From: Octopus sinensis
Taxonomy: Eukaryota
Assembly (NCBI RefSeq): GCF_006345805.1
Contig: NC_042997.1
Span: 202,244,001 to 202,308,000, forward strand
Length of the DNA stretch: 64,000 bases
Reading direction: 5' to 3'
Positions 38,870 through 52,419 of the stretch are shown here, piece after piece; position 1 is the stretch's first letter; each line of letters starts with the position of its first letter. The notes under the pieces were generated by a model that made no database searches, was not told the origin of the DNA, and saw only the letters and a program-made list of their open reading frames with translations. A program made the position numbers and the translations under genes.

Positions 38870-39230
38870 TTCATTTACACACAACACAAACTGTTGGAGA
38901 AAATACCTAACATTGGGCTATAACAAATAACATTAGATGCCAAGAACCTTCCTAAATATCCTAACTGTCCTTAATATTGTTTTCTGGAGCTGCACTAAAC
39001 TAGGTTTTAAGTCTATTTCATTTATCCATCTGTTCAAATCTTTAGGATAGTTCCTAATACATTTATAACTACAGAGATACATTTTACCTACACTTTCCAT
39101 AGCTTCTATAACTCAATGGCTAGATCCTTCGCTATTTTCTCTATACTTCTCATATTTACTTTCTCACCATTTGGGACTGAAGTCAATTTCCTGACACTTT
39201 CTATTCTCTTTGTCTCTAGACAAAGAGAAT
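38870..39230 (-). pseudogene. 3' fragment of an R4/Dong-type non-LTR retrotransposon (RLE C-terminus)
   Basis: Minus: KDLAIEL*KLWKV*VKCISVVINVLGTI/PKDLNRWINEIDLKPSLVQLQKTILRTVRIFRKVLGI*; flanked by (TAA)n. Confidence 0.7.
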
Positions 39231-39268
39231 TACTTATTATTATTATTATTACTATTATTATTATTATT

Positions 39269-39780
39269 GAGTGAGAGAGCAGTTCATGCCATCAAAGTGA
39301 CACTGGGGTAAAATATACAAAGCCCAGTATACCCATCATGACCACCCATCTGATAAGGGTACACAAGGCACATGCATCACAACCATATGTGTGTGACATG
39401 GTGATCTTATATCAAGATAAACAGCACATGACCTTGCAGGTGGGGCCCAGTTAGAATTTTCTTCTGGTTGAGTAACCCATCCCACTCAGAAGGTCCCTGA
39501 ATAAGGGTTGTTTAAGGATGTTGAATGAAACACCCATGTTTCCAGAGGTGAATTATTCAAACCCCAAAGAATCCCTCTCAACACATGACTATGATGTTCC
39601 CCCACTACTTCTGCTTGTGATCAGAGATGCCACTAAGGGACATGCTCAACAGGTTAAGGTCAAATGACTGACAAGCAAATCTGTGGTACTGAGCAGAATA
39701 TTTGCTGTAGCCCATCTTTTATACCAAGACAAAACAATGTACATGATAACACTTCCATGCCTGGTACTGCATCAGGGCGC
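39269..39780. mobile_element. ~510-bp non-coding insertion bounded by (TAA)n tracts; probable non-autonomous Dong/R4-dependent element
   Basis: Sharp boundaries against ATT repeats at 39232-39268 and 39781-39817; lies between two R4/Dong fragments; no recognisable ORF. Confidence 0.5.
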
Positions 39781-39817
<37 letters not shown>

Positions 39818-39818
<1 letters not shown>

Positions 39819-41535
39819 GATGTCGCCCAGTATACAATATCGTGAAGTTGCTGATAGAAGATATTGTATCTACCAGGGGTTTGTACTGTTTGTCAAGTCA
39901 CAACAAGGACCTCAGACAGACAGTACTTTACACAATATGCATGCAGTTCCGAGTAATGCCAACTTTTGCAATACATCTAGACTTTTTTCAATATCTAGAT
40001 GGGTTTTTTTCAGATTGGATGGTATTGAACCCAATGTTCCAATAGGGATAAGCTTTATGTTTGATTCTCATAGCTTCCACATCTTAGTGGTCTCAATTCT
40101 CAGGTCTCCATATCTATCAACCTTTACTCTTTCTTTCATGATGATACATTGATCTCCTGTCACTTCCATGTCAATTATTAGGCACTGTTGTTTGTCCCTC
40201 CTAAAGGTTATAATACCCAGCCTTCAGTGCTTGAACACTTTGTCAATCTGGAAGTTAAAGTCCCAGAGGATTTTTGCCTTCCACTTTTCGTCATTTATCT
40301 TTTTTGGTGTATGTTGGTACCAAGCACCCATAACCTCATATCCATACTTGTGGCATAGTATCCAGTGGAGGTGTCATGTCTACACTTGTACTCTTTCTAT
40401 GCAAGACTTTCACAAGCACTAACAATGTGAATCACACTTTCAACCCTCTTCCCACACATTCTGCAGAGGTCTGTTACACCTGTGTGGTATATATTCTTTT
40501 TCACTGAGTTGGTATTCAATACCTGATCCTGGGCAGCAATGATTAGGCTTTCAGTATTTTTTTTTTAGGTCACCCTTGTTGAGCCACCTCCATGATGCTT
40601 CCTAGTCTTTTAATTTGTTGGTTTTTCAGTGGAACTGACCATGTAATTCCATACAGAGTAAGGTTTCTTCTCTCTCGTTGGCTGTTCTTGATCAGAATTC
40701 ATGAGTACTCTCAAGTCCATTTTTGTTAACTCCTTCTGCACAAGCAGCATACTGTAGCAGGGTCTTTGTTGTTTACCAAATATTCTGCTATGTTTCTTCT
40801 TTTACTGTTGATGCACTCCCATATGCTAATCAGCCCATGTCCACCTTTACCTCTCTTCATGTAGAGCTTGTGTACATTATCCTTAGGGTGGAGGACACAA
40901 TGCATTGTCACTGTCTTTCAAGTAGTGCAATAGAGTTGGTCAATCTCTGCTTGTGGCCATTTCAGAATGGGTGCACTATAGCAGACTACAACAACAGTGC
41001 ATATGTTGATAGCAGTCACAAGGTTCCTTGAGTTAAGTTTTGATTTCGAGAGAAATTTAAGGCACTTGAAATATGCAGTGATGACCTTGTCTTTCATTTC
41101 TTTGTGTAAGATATTGTCCAGCTCCAGGATCCCAAGGTACTTGTACCCATTATCATCCAGGTCTTCCATTCTCTCTTTCTGTTTGGCAATTTTATGCCCC
41201 TACAATTTACTCCTTTCCCCCACTTCAAAATAAGCACTGCACACTTTGAGATACGTATTCCATCACTATATCCTTGCTGCACATTTGCATAGCCTCAACC
41301 AGCCTTTCCATTTCAGGCTCTGTTTTTGTGCACAGTTTTAAATCATCCATGAAGGGAAGGTGGTCCATTCTTTCTCAGCTCATAGTGCTCATTGATTTTG
41401 CAAAGGACTACAGAAAGTGGGATCAGGGCTATAACAAATAACAAAGTTTCTCCTTGGAAGAGACCTCTTTTGATTGTTACCTCGGCTAAGTGCTGGTTGT
41501 TACAAGAAAGACGTGTTTTCCAACTAGGCATGCTG
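39818..41535 (-). pseudogene. 5'-truncated R4/Dong-clade non-LTR retrotransposon (RT, CCHC knuckle, restriction-like endonuclease)
   Basis: Minus-strand motifs KRGLFQG, HLPFMDDLKL, YKYLGI, SKLNSRNLVTAIN, LYMKRGKGGHGL, CRMCGKRVESVIHIVSAC..RHD, KILWDF and LQKLALLGTACIL; many frameshifts; (TAA)n on both sides. Confidence 0.88.
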
Positions 41536-41558
41536 TTCTTCTTCTTCTTCTTCTTATA

Positions 41559-41590
<32 letters not shown>

Positions 41591-42450
41591 GTAATTTGGA
41601 AAAGATTCTTTGATAACAAGGTAACTGTTTATCTAGATTTCTATCTCTGCTGTTCAAGAATGTTTAATGGGTACCGTTTGTGAGGGCACTATCCTTAACT
41701 AAAATCCTGATTTATCTTTCATAAGTTTGGTCGTTCAACAAAAGCCATCGTTTTCATTTCAGTAACTTTTAGTTACTTTTTCTTAAACAAACAAAGCAAA
41801 TCTCCAAAGACTGTAATTTGCTTTCCTGAATACTTTGTTTCCTAAAGATAAAAATCAGTTGAGATTTTATCAACAGAATACATCTAATTTTCTTTTAATT
41901 AAAATGAAAAATTACAGAAAATACAACTATATTTTAATGGCAAATTTCTAAAGAATAAAGAAAGCATTGTTCTAATGACAGACATGTAAAAAGACTATTT
42001 TCAAATATAAAGTCATTTTATAAGGAATCATTTTATTATTTTATATCTTTTATAAAATAAAAGTTTAATTTTAATTTTAAGTGAAGAATTTAATCTCTAC
42101 CTTTGATAATACTGATATTTTCTTCAATTATTTTCATCTTGTTTTGTTGGAGTTATCAGACTAATATTTGATGTTCTCTATTTGTATTTACAGTCTTCTT
42201 TAATTCTATATGGGAAGATATATTTAATTTTACTCTTTAATAATGTTGGTTTAATAATTTTGGCTTTTACTCAATAATAATTTTGAAAGATAAAATGTAT
42301 TGGTCAACTGAATGATCAGGATTTCAACTAACATCAAATGAACTGTCTCTTCACTTCTTCACAACTGGCTGATCTTGTACCTCCGCCACACAAGCTTCCC
42401 CACTCCACCTTACTCCTATTTCCACCCATTGATATCTTTTATTTTTTTTT

Positions 42451-42772
42451 TGGCACCTGTGTCAGTGGCACATAAAAAACACCATCCGAGCGTGGCCGTC
42501 TGCCAGCCTCGTCTGGCACCTGTGTCGGTGGCACATAAAAAACACCATTCGAACGTGACCGTCTGCCAGCCTCGTCTGGCACCTGTGTCGGTGGCACATA
42601 AAATCACCCACTACACTCTCAGAGTGGTTGGCGTTAGGAAGGGCATCCAGCTGTAGAAACACTGCCAGATCTGACTGGCCTGGTGCAGCCTTCGGGCTTG
42701 CCAGACCCCAGTTCAACCGTCCAACCCATGCTAGCATGAAAAGCGGACGTTAAACGATGATGATGATGATGA
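42451..42772 (+). mobile_element. RTE 3'-UTR fragment (family B), young, three tandem units
   Basis: Near-identical ~63-bp units TGGCACCTGTGTC(A/G)GTGGCACATAAAA..CACC; (GAT)n tail. Confidence 0.85.
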
Positions 42773-44724
42773 ACCCTCTCAGACATCTTACTCTAACTAT
42801 ATACCCCAAAACATTGGCCCCTTTGGAGTCCTCCTAATCATGTCTTTCCCACAGGTATTAACTTATAAAGATTCAAGAAGAATTTTAACAGCATCAAGTT
42901 CATCAGTCTTGGAGGTCCTGCAAAGATCATGGGCCCTGTGCTTTTGTCAAAATTCAGACTGAGGCTTAGATCTGTTGTGTGCCCCAGGAATTGTAAAACT
43001 GTAACTTAACCTGATTTTCATAGCATATATTTGACCGAGATTATAACACTCACCTCTAAATGGAATCCCAACCTGTCTTGGGGTTAACTTCCTAGCTGTT
43101 GCTAGAATTCACTTACAGCTGAGTGGACTGGAGTAACATGAAAATGAAGTGTTTTGCTCAAGAATACCATGCACCGTATTTTTTTTCAGATATTTCTGAG
43201 TAAGGCTTAAATATCTATTTTTTGTATAAAAGAAATCTTTATGTTCCATGGTGTGTCATGTAATTTGATTGCATCCTGTATCTCCCTTTTAAATTTTCTT
43301 TATTAAGTCTCTCTTCTTTCAGCTCTTTATGACTCAGAGCACTTCCTTGTGACACACACTTGGGAGTTAATTCCAATTTATTTTTATTTGGAAAATTTTA
43401 AATAAGACGCCTGTATAGAATGTGGACATTAAATGATGATGATGTATCTTTTAGAATATAGAATTATGAAGAAATCTTAGAGGTAAAGGAACTATTGTAT
43501 AGAATATTGTTGTAGATATCAATTATGATTCCTTATTCTAAAGGATCAAAGCAAATCATTACTGATTATCAATAAATATTTCAGTATTTATGCTTTTATT
43601 TGTAATTTTCCTCAACTAATAACAACAGCATTTTGTCTATAATGGCCTTCAGGGTTTGTAGTTCATACATTATTGTAAAATCTTTAAATTATATCCTAAT
43701 GGATGATATTTCTAGCTTGCAGTTGAACATCTACTCTTACATTAAGAAATACATCTTTTACATTGTTTGAATGAAGATATACTGTTTCTTCGGTAATGTA
43801 AGGACTTTCCATTTTCCAAATGTTCACTTTGTTTCTAAGAATTCAGAATATGTCCTTGGAATTGTCAGGAATTTCACTTGTGAGCTTTCTCCTAATTTAT
43901 TTTTATTCTTAAATTTCAAATCAAATATTACCCTTTCGAATGGAGTGATCTCACAGATAAACAAGCTACTTTATTGGATGTCTGTTCTTAAATTTAATAA
44001 AGTACACCCAACCAAGTAGCTGCAGTAGAAAAGAATATTTTCAAAAGTATGCTAAAGCTTAAGTCTTTTCCATTATGAGGTCTTTTTACATTAAAACTAT
44101 GCACTGTTTTCCTAAGTGTTACTATGTGGCTAGCATATCCTGTCATCAAACTTCTCTTCTCAGGTAGATATGAAATAATCTTGTAGAATTTGGTTTCTGT
44201 GGTAAAATGGTCCACTGAATGGACTGAATACATTCACTCTGTAAACTGATTAGTAAATGGAAACAACACAGACTGAACACTTTAGTCTTGTTGAGAACTT
44301 GACAACCTCTCTACTGCTGGTGCCATGATATAAATGCACCCAGTTATACTGTCTGAAGTGGATGGCAGTAAGAAAAAGCATCTCACTGTAGAAACCATAC
44401 CAAATATGAGACCCATGTAGAGTAAGCAGTAACTCTGAATAATAACTGATTTGGTCCATAATAACCATCCACTCCATTGCCAACATTTGCTAACACTGCC
44501 CCAGATGTGCCTTTGTACTCTTTCTTTTTTACGGCTCTTTTTACTGTTTATTTTTTCCTATGTCTTATTTTGTTTACTCTGCAATCACTTTTGGCTTTTA
44601 ATACCATCTTTCTTTATTTGACTTAGGTCTGCTTTCTGTCCCCTCTTCTACCTTTTCCCTAATCAGTTGTAGTACATATGAATACTGAATATAATATTGT
44701 TTTGGTTATTACTGCTATTACCAA

Positions 44725-45170
44725 AGCAATGAGCTGGCAGATTCATTAGCACGTCAGGCAAAAGGCTTAGCGGTATTTCGCCTGTCTTTATATTCTGAGT
44801 TCAAATTCCATTGAGGTCGACTTTGCCTTTCATCCTTTCAGTGTCAATAAATTAAATACTAGACATGTACTGAGGTCAATGTGATTGACTTAACTGCTCC
44901 CCTCAAATTTCAGGCCTTGTGCCTATAATACAAAAGATTATTATTATCAATAAGGCGATGAGCTGACAAAACCATTTGTACACTGATCAAAATATTTAGC
45001 TACATTACGTTTGTCTTTGTTCTGTGTTCAAATTCTGCTGAAGTCAACTTTGTTTTTCATCCTTTCGGAGCCACTGGGATAACAACCAATTGAGCTTGGA
45101 GAGGCGATGTAATCAACTAGCCTCCTCCATCAAAATTTCAGGCCTTATGCCTATAGGAGAGAAGATTATT
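44725..45170 (+). mobile_element. Two tandem SINE family C copies
   Basis: Two GAGCTG heads with B boxes and Meta-like domains, each ending in (ATT)n. Confidence 0.75.
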
Positions 45171-46124
45171 ATTATTATTGTTGTTGTTGTTGCTATTATT
45201 TATATGAGCAAACGTAAAACAATGATATCTTAATCTATTTAATCAGCTATAATGAATAACTTCTAATGCATTAGTCTCTAATATTTTCATATATTCCATT
45301 ATAGCCTAACAGTTTGGCTTCATTTAACAAGATTATGAAAATTACTTTAGAACACACAAAAATAAACTATTTGTCACAGTAAATATATGAGTTTGTTTTG
45401 GGGGGGGGGGGGTTGTATTTTTGTTTTGTATTTCCTAGAAAAAGTATTTATACACAAAGTTAACTTTTATTAATAATTTGTTTTAATTCACTTCAAATGC
45501 TGATATTTTTCTCCAACATAATCAGTGAACTTACTTTCAAATAGATTTATACTAAATACTCTATATGTGACTTACTTCATAATGTTGGGTTTCTGTGTCA
45601 TGAAAAAGTTTTAAAATGATATTCCTCATTTTTAAATATGTCCAATTCAATTTGCTAAAAGAAATATTTTACTTTGAAATAGTCTTTTTTATTTATTTGC
45701 ATATACCCAAGGGTGTATGTGGGAGAGAGAGAAAGAGAGAGAGGAGGAGAAGGTGAGAAAATGAGAGTTATGCAAATGCTTTTTTTTTTATTTGGTTTGC
45801 ACTAAAACATTTTTAACGTGTGTTTCTTTTTTAAAGCACCTGTTTTGATCATTTTAAAATTGGCAGAATACACACACACACACAGAGGCATATATATAAA
45901 GCCAATTAAAATGCTAAATATTTTATAGACATTTTAAAATTGCAAATGATTTATTTCTTACAAGCATATTAAAATTCCAAGTGCAATTTGTTCATGTGAT
46001 GGAAAAAGGTGATGGCAAAATATTTGAGAAGTAACACTAAATAAATTTCAAGTTAATTCTGGCAAGTTGGAAAGAGAAAAAGCCTTATCACTTCTTGGGT
46101 CTGATTTTTATCGCAGTATGAATA

Positions 46125-46302
46125 GATGCAGGCATGGCTGTGTGGTAAGAAGTTTGCTCCCCAGCCACATGGTTCCTAGTTCAGTCCCACTGTGTGGTAC
46201 CTTGGGCAAGTGTCTTCTACTGTAGCTTTGGGCCTATAAAAGCCTTGTGAGTGGTTTTGGTAGATGGTAACTAAAAGTAGTGACCCATGTTTGTGTGTAT
46301 GA

Positions 46303-46338
<36 letters not shown>

Positions 46339-46524
46339 GCCGGTGGCATGTAAAAAGCACCCACTACACTCTTGGAGTGGTTGGCATTAGGAAGGGCATC
46401 CAGCTGTAGAAACTCTGCCAGATTAAGATTGGAGCCTGGTGCAGCCATCTGGTTCACCAGCCCTCAGTCAAAATCGTCCAACCCATGCTGGCATGGAAAG
46501 CGGACATTAAACAATGATGATGAT
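46125..46524 (+). mobile_element. SINE family A 5' half followed by an RTE 3'-UTR fragment
   Basis: A/B boxes at 46135-46188; UTR at 46335-46524. Confidence 0.8.
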
Positions 46525-46722
46525 ATATATATATATATATGGTGTGTGTGTGTGTGGTATATATATGTGTGTATATGTGTGTGTGTGTATATGTGTGTGT
46601 GTGTATATGTGTGTGTGTATATGTGTGTGTATGTGTGTGGTGTGTGTTATATGTGTGTGTGTGGTGTGTGTGTGTATATGGTGTGTGTATGTGTGTGTGT
46701 ATGTGTGTGTGTGTATGTGTGC

Positions 46723-46754
<32 letters not shown>

Positions 46755-46916
46755 ATATATGTGTGTGTATATGTGGGTGTGTATATATGTATGTGTGTGT
46801 GTGTGGTATATATATGTGTGTGTGTGTGTGTGTATTATATATATGTGTGTGTGTGTGTGTGTATATATGTGTGTGTGTGTTGTGTGTATATATATGTGTG
46901 TGTGTGTGTATATATA

Positions 46917-46947
<31 letters not shown>

Positions 46948-47108
46948 GTGGGTGTATATATATATGTGTGTGTGTGTGTATATATATGGTGTGTGTGTGG
47001 GTGTGGTATATATATATGTGTGTGTATATGTGTGTGTGGTGTATATATATGTGTGTGTGTGTGTATATGTGTTGTGTGTGTATATATGTATGTGTGTGTG
47101 TGTATATA

Positions 47109-47146
<38 letters not shown>

Positions 47147-47371
47147 GTATATATATGTGTGTGTGTGTATATATATGTGTGTGTGTGGTGTGTGTATATA
47201 TGTGTGTGTGTGTGTGTATATATATGTGTGTGGTGTGTGTGTGATATATATGTGTGTGTGTGTGTGTGTATATATATGTGTGTGTGTGTGTATATATATA
47301 TGTGTGTGTGTGTGGTGTGTATATATATGTTGTGTGTGTGTATATTATGTGTGTGTGTGTATATATATATA

Positions 47372-47425
<54 letters not shown>

Positions 47426-47438
47426 TGTGTGTGTATGT
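46524..47438. repeat. ~900-bp compound (TG)/(TA) microsatellite
   Basis: Direct inspection; source of the long spurious V/C/Y and H/T/I ORFs. Confidence 0.97.
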
Positions 47439-48865
47439 GCTACTGTCTCCTTGCCTTGATATTTGTAAATGAACGTCCTTGTCATACAAGCAGTATCCTT
47501 CATTTTCAATCTTCTGTGAAAATAGTTTGGCGATGGGGAAATATTACCTTACTTGGAATCAGGCAAAGATTGGTGACAAGAAAGGAAGAAAATCTGTCTG
47601 ACCCATACAAGCATGGAAACGTAGACATGAAAATCGATCATGAATAAGAATCTAATTGCTAGTTTGAAGCACTACTTCGTAGGACACCATGAAGTGTTGA
47701 CTGAGATAATATTGGTAACATAAACAGAGAAACACAGTTCAGTCAAGCGGAAAGACCAGTTTAAATTGATCTTCTTTCTAGATTAATGATCACCACCAGG
47801 GTAATATCCTTTTTACCATCCTTCCATCCATCCGTAATGTTCATGAATATTTCATATCTCAGTGCAGTTTGGAGATGGCAGTTCTTACTAATCATTTCCC
47901 CATATATATATGTTGTTCCACTCTAAATTCTTTCCAGCTTCAACCTTTCTTCTCGCTTTCTCTTTTATATCCTTCTCTACACCGAAACTTAACAGAATGT
48001 TATCCGAAACTTATAAAAACCCATGTAGTCTATCATCATTTGCGACAGCCTTTAGCCTTTCAAGATTGTCTCTGCCATTTCGTCTTCTGATATTTTCACT
48101 ACGCAATCAGCAGACTTGCTAGCTTAAAGCAAACATAAACGAATATCCTCCTCTCTCTCTTTCTCTCTCTCTCTCTCTTTCACCATGAAGCACTGGTTGA
48201 GTGATGGCATTATCAATGTTTTGTTGTTATGCTTCACTGTGTATTTATATTCCTACATGCATTCCAATTATTTAGTTATATTTTTTTTCCTTTTTATATT
48301 TTGTTGCATTCATACTTTTCACCTTATCTTCAGCTGTAAACATTCTGGTTGGTTGTGGTAGGCAAGCTACTTTTCACAAGATCCACTTCTTTAATTTCAC
48401 TAACTGCTAATGTGTGTGTGTTTTTTTTCTCTCCCCCCCCCCCCGACATTGGTGGTGCCACTATCTTCTGAATGGTTTCCTGGTTGTGACCAGCCACCCA
48501 CATTTTTAGACAATATGATTTTACTTGCTTTCTTTTTTTGTTGTTTTTTGTTTGTTTCCAATATGTTTACAACATTTCAGACCACAAAATCAATACCCAA
48601 TCACTCAATGGGAACCTATTGCTGTTCTTTTGTCTTATATCCAACTCATTGACGTACATATTCCTGTTTCCCCAGCAACAATAAACCCTGCAATTATTTC
48701 ACTGTAATGCTAGAAAAAATATCTTGTATCAAGCATTATTATTGTTGTTCTTGGGGTGGTGAGGTAGCCTTGTGGTTTCTCTCCTGGCTCTTTATATTCT
48801 GAGTTCAAATTCTTCCAAGATCAGCTGAGCCTTTCATCCTTTTAGAGTCAAGAAAATAAAGTACC

Positions 48866-49070
48866 TATTTCTTTATTACCCACAAGGGACTAAACATAGA
48901 GGGGAAAAACAAGGACAGACAAACGGATTAAGTTGATTGCATCGATCCCAGTGCGTAACTGGTACTTAATTTATCGACCCCGAAAGGAGGAAAGGCAAAG
49001 TCGACCATGGCGGAATTTGAACTCAGAACGTAATGGCAGATGAAATATGGCTACGCATTTCGCCCGGCGT
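48866..49070 (-). mobile_element. Young SINE family C copy nested antisense in an older family C copy, 19-bp TSD
   Basis: GTCAAGAAAATAAAGTACC at 48847-48865 and 49071-49089; host copy spans ~48790-49140. Confidence 0.88.
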
Positions 49071-49726
49071 GTCAAGAAAATAAAGTACCAATCAGGTGCT
49101 GGGGCCAATGGTACTGACTAATACCCTCATCTCAAAATTTTGAAGCATTTTCATATTTGTTTTGATAACCAACCATTCCTGGCAATATTTTAGTTTTACA
49201 GGGGATTGAACCTGATGCTGAGTGATACTTGATTTTGAATTGAGTATAATATTCTTAATTATCTCATATCCTGCTGAGGTTAATTTTCCTTTCAGATTTA
49301 ATACAATAAACTACCAGTTGAGCACTGGGGGTCTACTATATTAATTTACCCCCACCCACAAAAAAAATTACTGGTCCTATGCTTAAATCAGAAGCTGTTA
49401 TTATCATCATCATCATCATCTTCGAGGAATATAGCAATCTCCTTGCCAAATTGGTATTTTTTTATTGTAGCTTTGATTCTTAAAGAAAACTGAATTTGTG
49501 GTCCCTTTATCTTTTCGCCTTCCATTTTACTTCATGGCAAAAAATCATTACTTTCTCTTTGCCCTACACCTTGTATCTCTTATATACATGAATATCAAGA
49601 CAGAATTGGAAGCACATTGTGACCAGCAGTGTATATCATCATCTGATGGTCTGGTCAATACTGTCAGACTATGATATACATAAATATATATATATATATA
49701 ATTGTATATATATGTATATTTATATC

Positions 49727-50070
49727 ATCATCGTTTAGTGTCCGCTTTCCATGCTAGCATAGGTTGGACGGTTTGACTGGACTGGCACACTGGAAGGCTG
49801 CACCAGACTCCACTCTGAATTAGCATTGTTGTCAACTGCTGGATGCACTTCCTAATGCCAACCACTCCAAAAGTGTAATGGGTACTTTGACATGCCACCG
49901 GCACAGGTGCCATTTGTGTGACATCAGTATCTGCCATGACTGGAATTTTGCTCAGCTTGATGGGTTTTCTTCTTCAAGTACGACAATGCCAAAGGTCTTA
50001 ATCATTGCCTCTGTGAGGCCCAACACTTAAAAGGTCTCAGCCACTTTGCCCAATGTTTGAAAGGAATTCA
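49727..50070 (-). mobile_element. RTE LINE 3' end (ORF remnant plus UTR)
   Basis: Reverse complement of TTGGGCCTCACAGAGGCAATG (compare 16864-16883) plus the family B UTR. Confidence 0.7.
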
Positions 50071-50343
50071 GATATATTTATGTTGTGTGAAAATAGTACT
50101 ATAAAGTCAGACAGTCAGTCGTTGTAGGAAGGTCAGTTGTCATAGAGTTGTTGTACTAGTTCTCGGGTGGAGTCAGTGTCAGTTACATGAAATATATACG
50201 AGTTCAAGTTACTGTCAAGGTAAGCACTTCAACGTCATTGTCTTGTGGAGCTATCAAAGATAATAAGATGCAGAATATCGCCAGAACATAATAGTGGTGA
50301 CAAGAATATTATGCTGCCAACAATAACATAGGATCCACATTAT

Positions 50344-50379
<36 letters not shown>

Positions 50380-50440
50380 TTACAGAATGAGATAAAAATC
50401 CAAGGCTGTGAAAGATTTCAGAACATTTATAAAGAGAAGG

Positions 50441-50486
50441 TCTTACTGCTGTTTCGGGAATATTTTATATATATCTTCATCAGAGA
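50441..50486 (-). ncRNA. Hammerhead ribozyme motif, decayed stem II
   Basis: Minus: TCT-CTGATGA-AG-ATATATATAAAATATTCCC-GAAA-CAGCA-GTA-AGA; near-palindromic stem III ACAGCAGT; the element abuts (TA)n at ~50373. Confidence 0.55.
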
Positions 50487-51109
50487 TGGTATGAGAAACA
50501 CACACGTGCACACATGCTCTCACACACATGCACATGTGAGTATTCTATATATATACAACTATAGTATGACAACTATCTCTGTCCCTCTATCATATTCTAA
50601 CTTCCCACCTGAGCCACTTCCCTAGATTCCATTCTTTCTCTCAACTAAGAGATTTTTGTCTTGTAACTTACTCAGTGACCCGATTTGTGCTGGTATCATG
50701 TAAAAAAGCTCCTGTACCAGTGCCACGTAAAAAGCACACAGTACACTCTGTAAAGTGGTTGGTGTTAGGAAAGACATCCAACCATAAATACCATGCTAAA
50801 ACAGATGATTAGAGGTTGATGCAGCTCTTTGATTTGCCAGCTTCTGTCAGACCATCCAACCCATTCCAGCATGGAAAACGGGCATTAAATAATAATGCTA
50901 AACAGCTATTCATGAATATTCTTATTCCTGTACATTCCCCAGTAAATCATGTGTGTGTGTGTGTGTGTGTGTGCCAAAATATATGTACATTCATTTGTTT
51001 AACATGTGGTTTTCTATGTAAGCAAGGGAAAGGCTCTTGAAGCAGGTTATTTACTGCCAGATGCTCTTCATGTTTATGTTTTTTGAAATAAGGGCATATA
51101 TATATATTA

Positions 51110-51298
51110 TTCTTTTATTTGTTTCAGTCATTTAACTGCAGCCATGCTGGAGCACCACCTTTAGTCGAACAAATCAACCCCAAGACTTATTCTTTGTAAG
51201 CCTAGTACTTATTCTATTGGTCTCTTTTGCCAAACTGCTAAGTTACGGGAATGTAAACACACCAACATCGGTTGTCAAGCGATGGTGTGGGAACAAAC

Positions 51299-51367
<69 letters not shown>

Positions 51368-51518
51368 GATTCTTTCAGTTTCCATCTACCAAATCTACTC
51401 ACAAGGTTTTGGTCAGCCTGTAGCTATAGTAGAAGACACTTGCCCAAGGTGCCACGCAGTGAGACTGAACCCAGAACTATGTGGTTGGTAAACAAGCTAC
51501 TTACCACATAGCCACTCC
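51110..51518 (-). mobile_element. SINE family A with expanded central (TA)n
   Basis: Colinear with the 4745-5110 copy. Confidence 0.85.
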
Positions 51519-52377
51519 AATATATATATATTCCTGCAGACAAAATTAAATAATGTTTATACTTTTATGCCATTTGGATTAGAACAAAGTTAGGTTGTTT
51601 ATTTTAGGCTACCCAAGTTCTTTAGTTAAAATTTATTAGATTTGTGTTATGGCATAATGTCTGCCATTTGCCTTGGGAGGTAGTAGCATATTTATGGGGG
51701 TGCGTGAGAGAAAGAGAGAAGTGTGAGAGAGAATGGCCAAACCTCTGTTAGCAAAAGGTTTGATACTCCCCAAAAAGATGTGAGAAAGTTGTGTCTTTCT
51801 AAATGGAATGTTGGAGACAATAATACTGTTGTAATGGCTCACAAAATATTGACAAATCAAACTTTAAATTGTTTGCTTCCTTTCTTGAAGCAATCAAATT
51901 TTATTTTCTATTAACCATTAAAAGTTTTGCCAACAGATTACCATTCTGAATGCATTGATTTTTATTTCTAGTTTCTTACTAGTGTAAGTATTTCAATAAC
52001 TGCTTCGATAAAATGCTAGGTCAACTGGTTTTATGCATTAATTTCACATAAAACGAGAAGAGGATTTCACAGAGAAAGTATAAAAAAATAAATGAAAGAA
52101 ATGATAAAAAAAATTTTAGAAACTATTTTAAACTGCTTCTGAATAGTGTCGACAAGATGGCTTGACGATCACTGGTAGATATACATCCTCATTAAGTTCT
52201 CTGACTAAATCAACACAGTGCTCAAGCCACAAAATCAATACATAATACAACATGAACTTGTTGCTGCTATTGTCCTATTGTATATCAAACCCATTCATAT
52301 AGATACTTTTTAATTTCTTTTTGTAACTCTTTGCATTTCCAAATTCTTCTTCCCCCACCCCCACCCTTCTCCCCTCT

Positions 52378-52419
<42 letters not shown>

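Noticed and set aside
46372-47647. 280-377 aa ORFs
   Set aside because: Translations of (TG)/(TA) microsatellite; the same applies to ORFs at 15.1-16 kb, 19.7-20.1 kb, 33.2-33.8 kb, 53.6-54.1 kb and 57 kb
47817-47895. Minus-strand first-exon candidate MISKNCHLQTALRYEIFMNITDGWKD
   Set aside because: Weak donor (GTAAAA), no recognisable homology and no partner exons
50081-50347. Possible solo LTR (TGTTG...TAACA)
   Set aside because: Only weak terminal repeats, no convincing TSD and no second copy in the window
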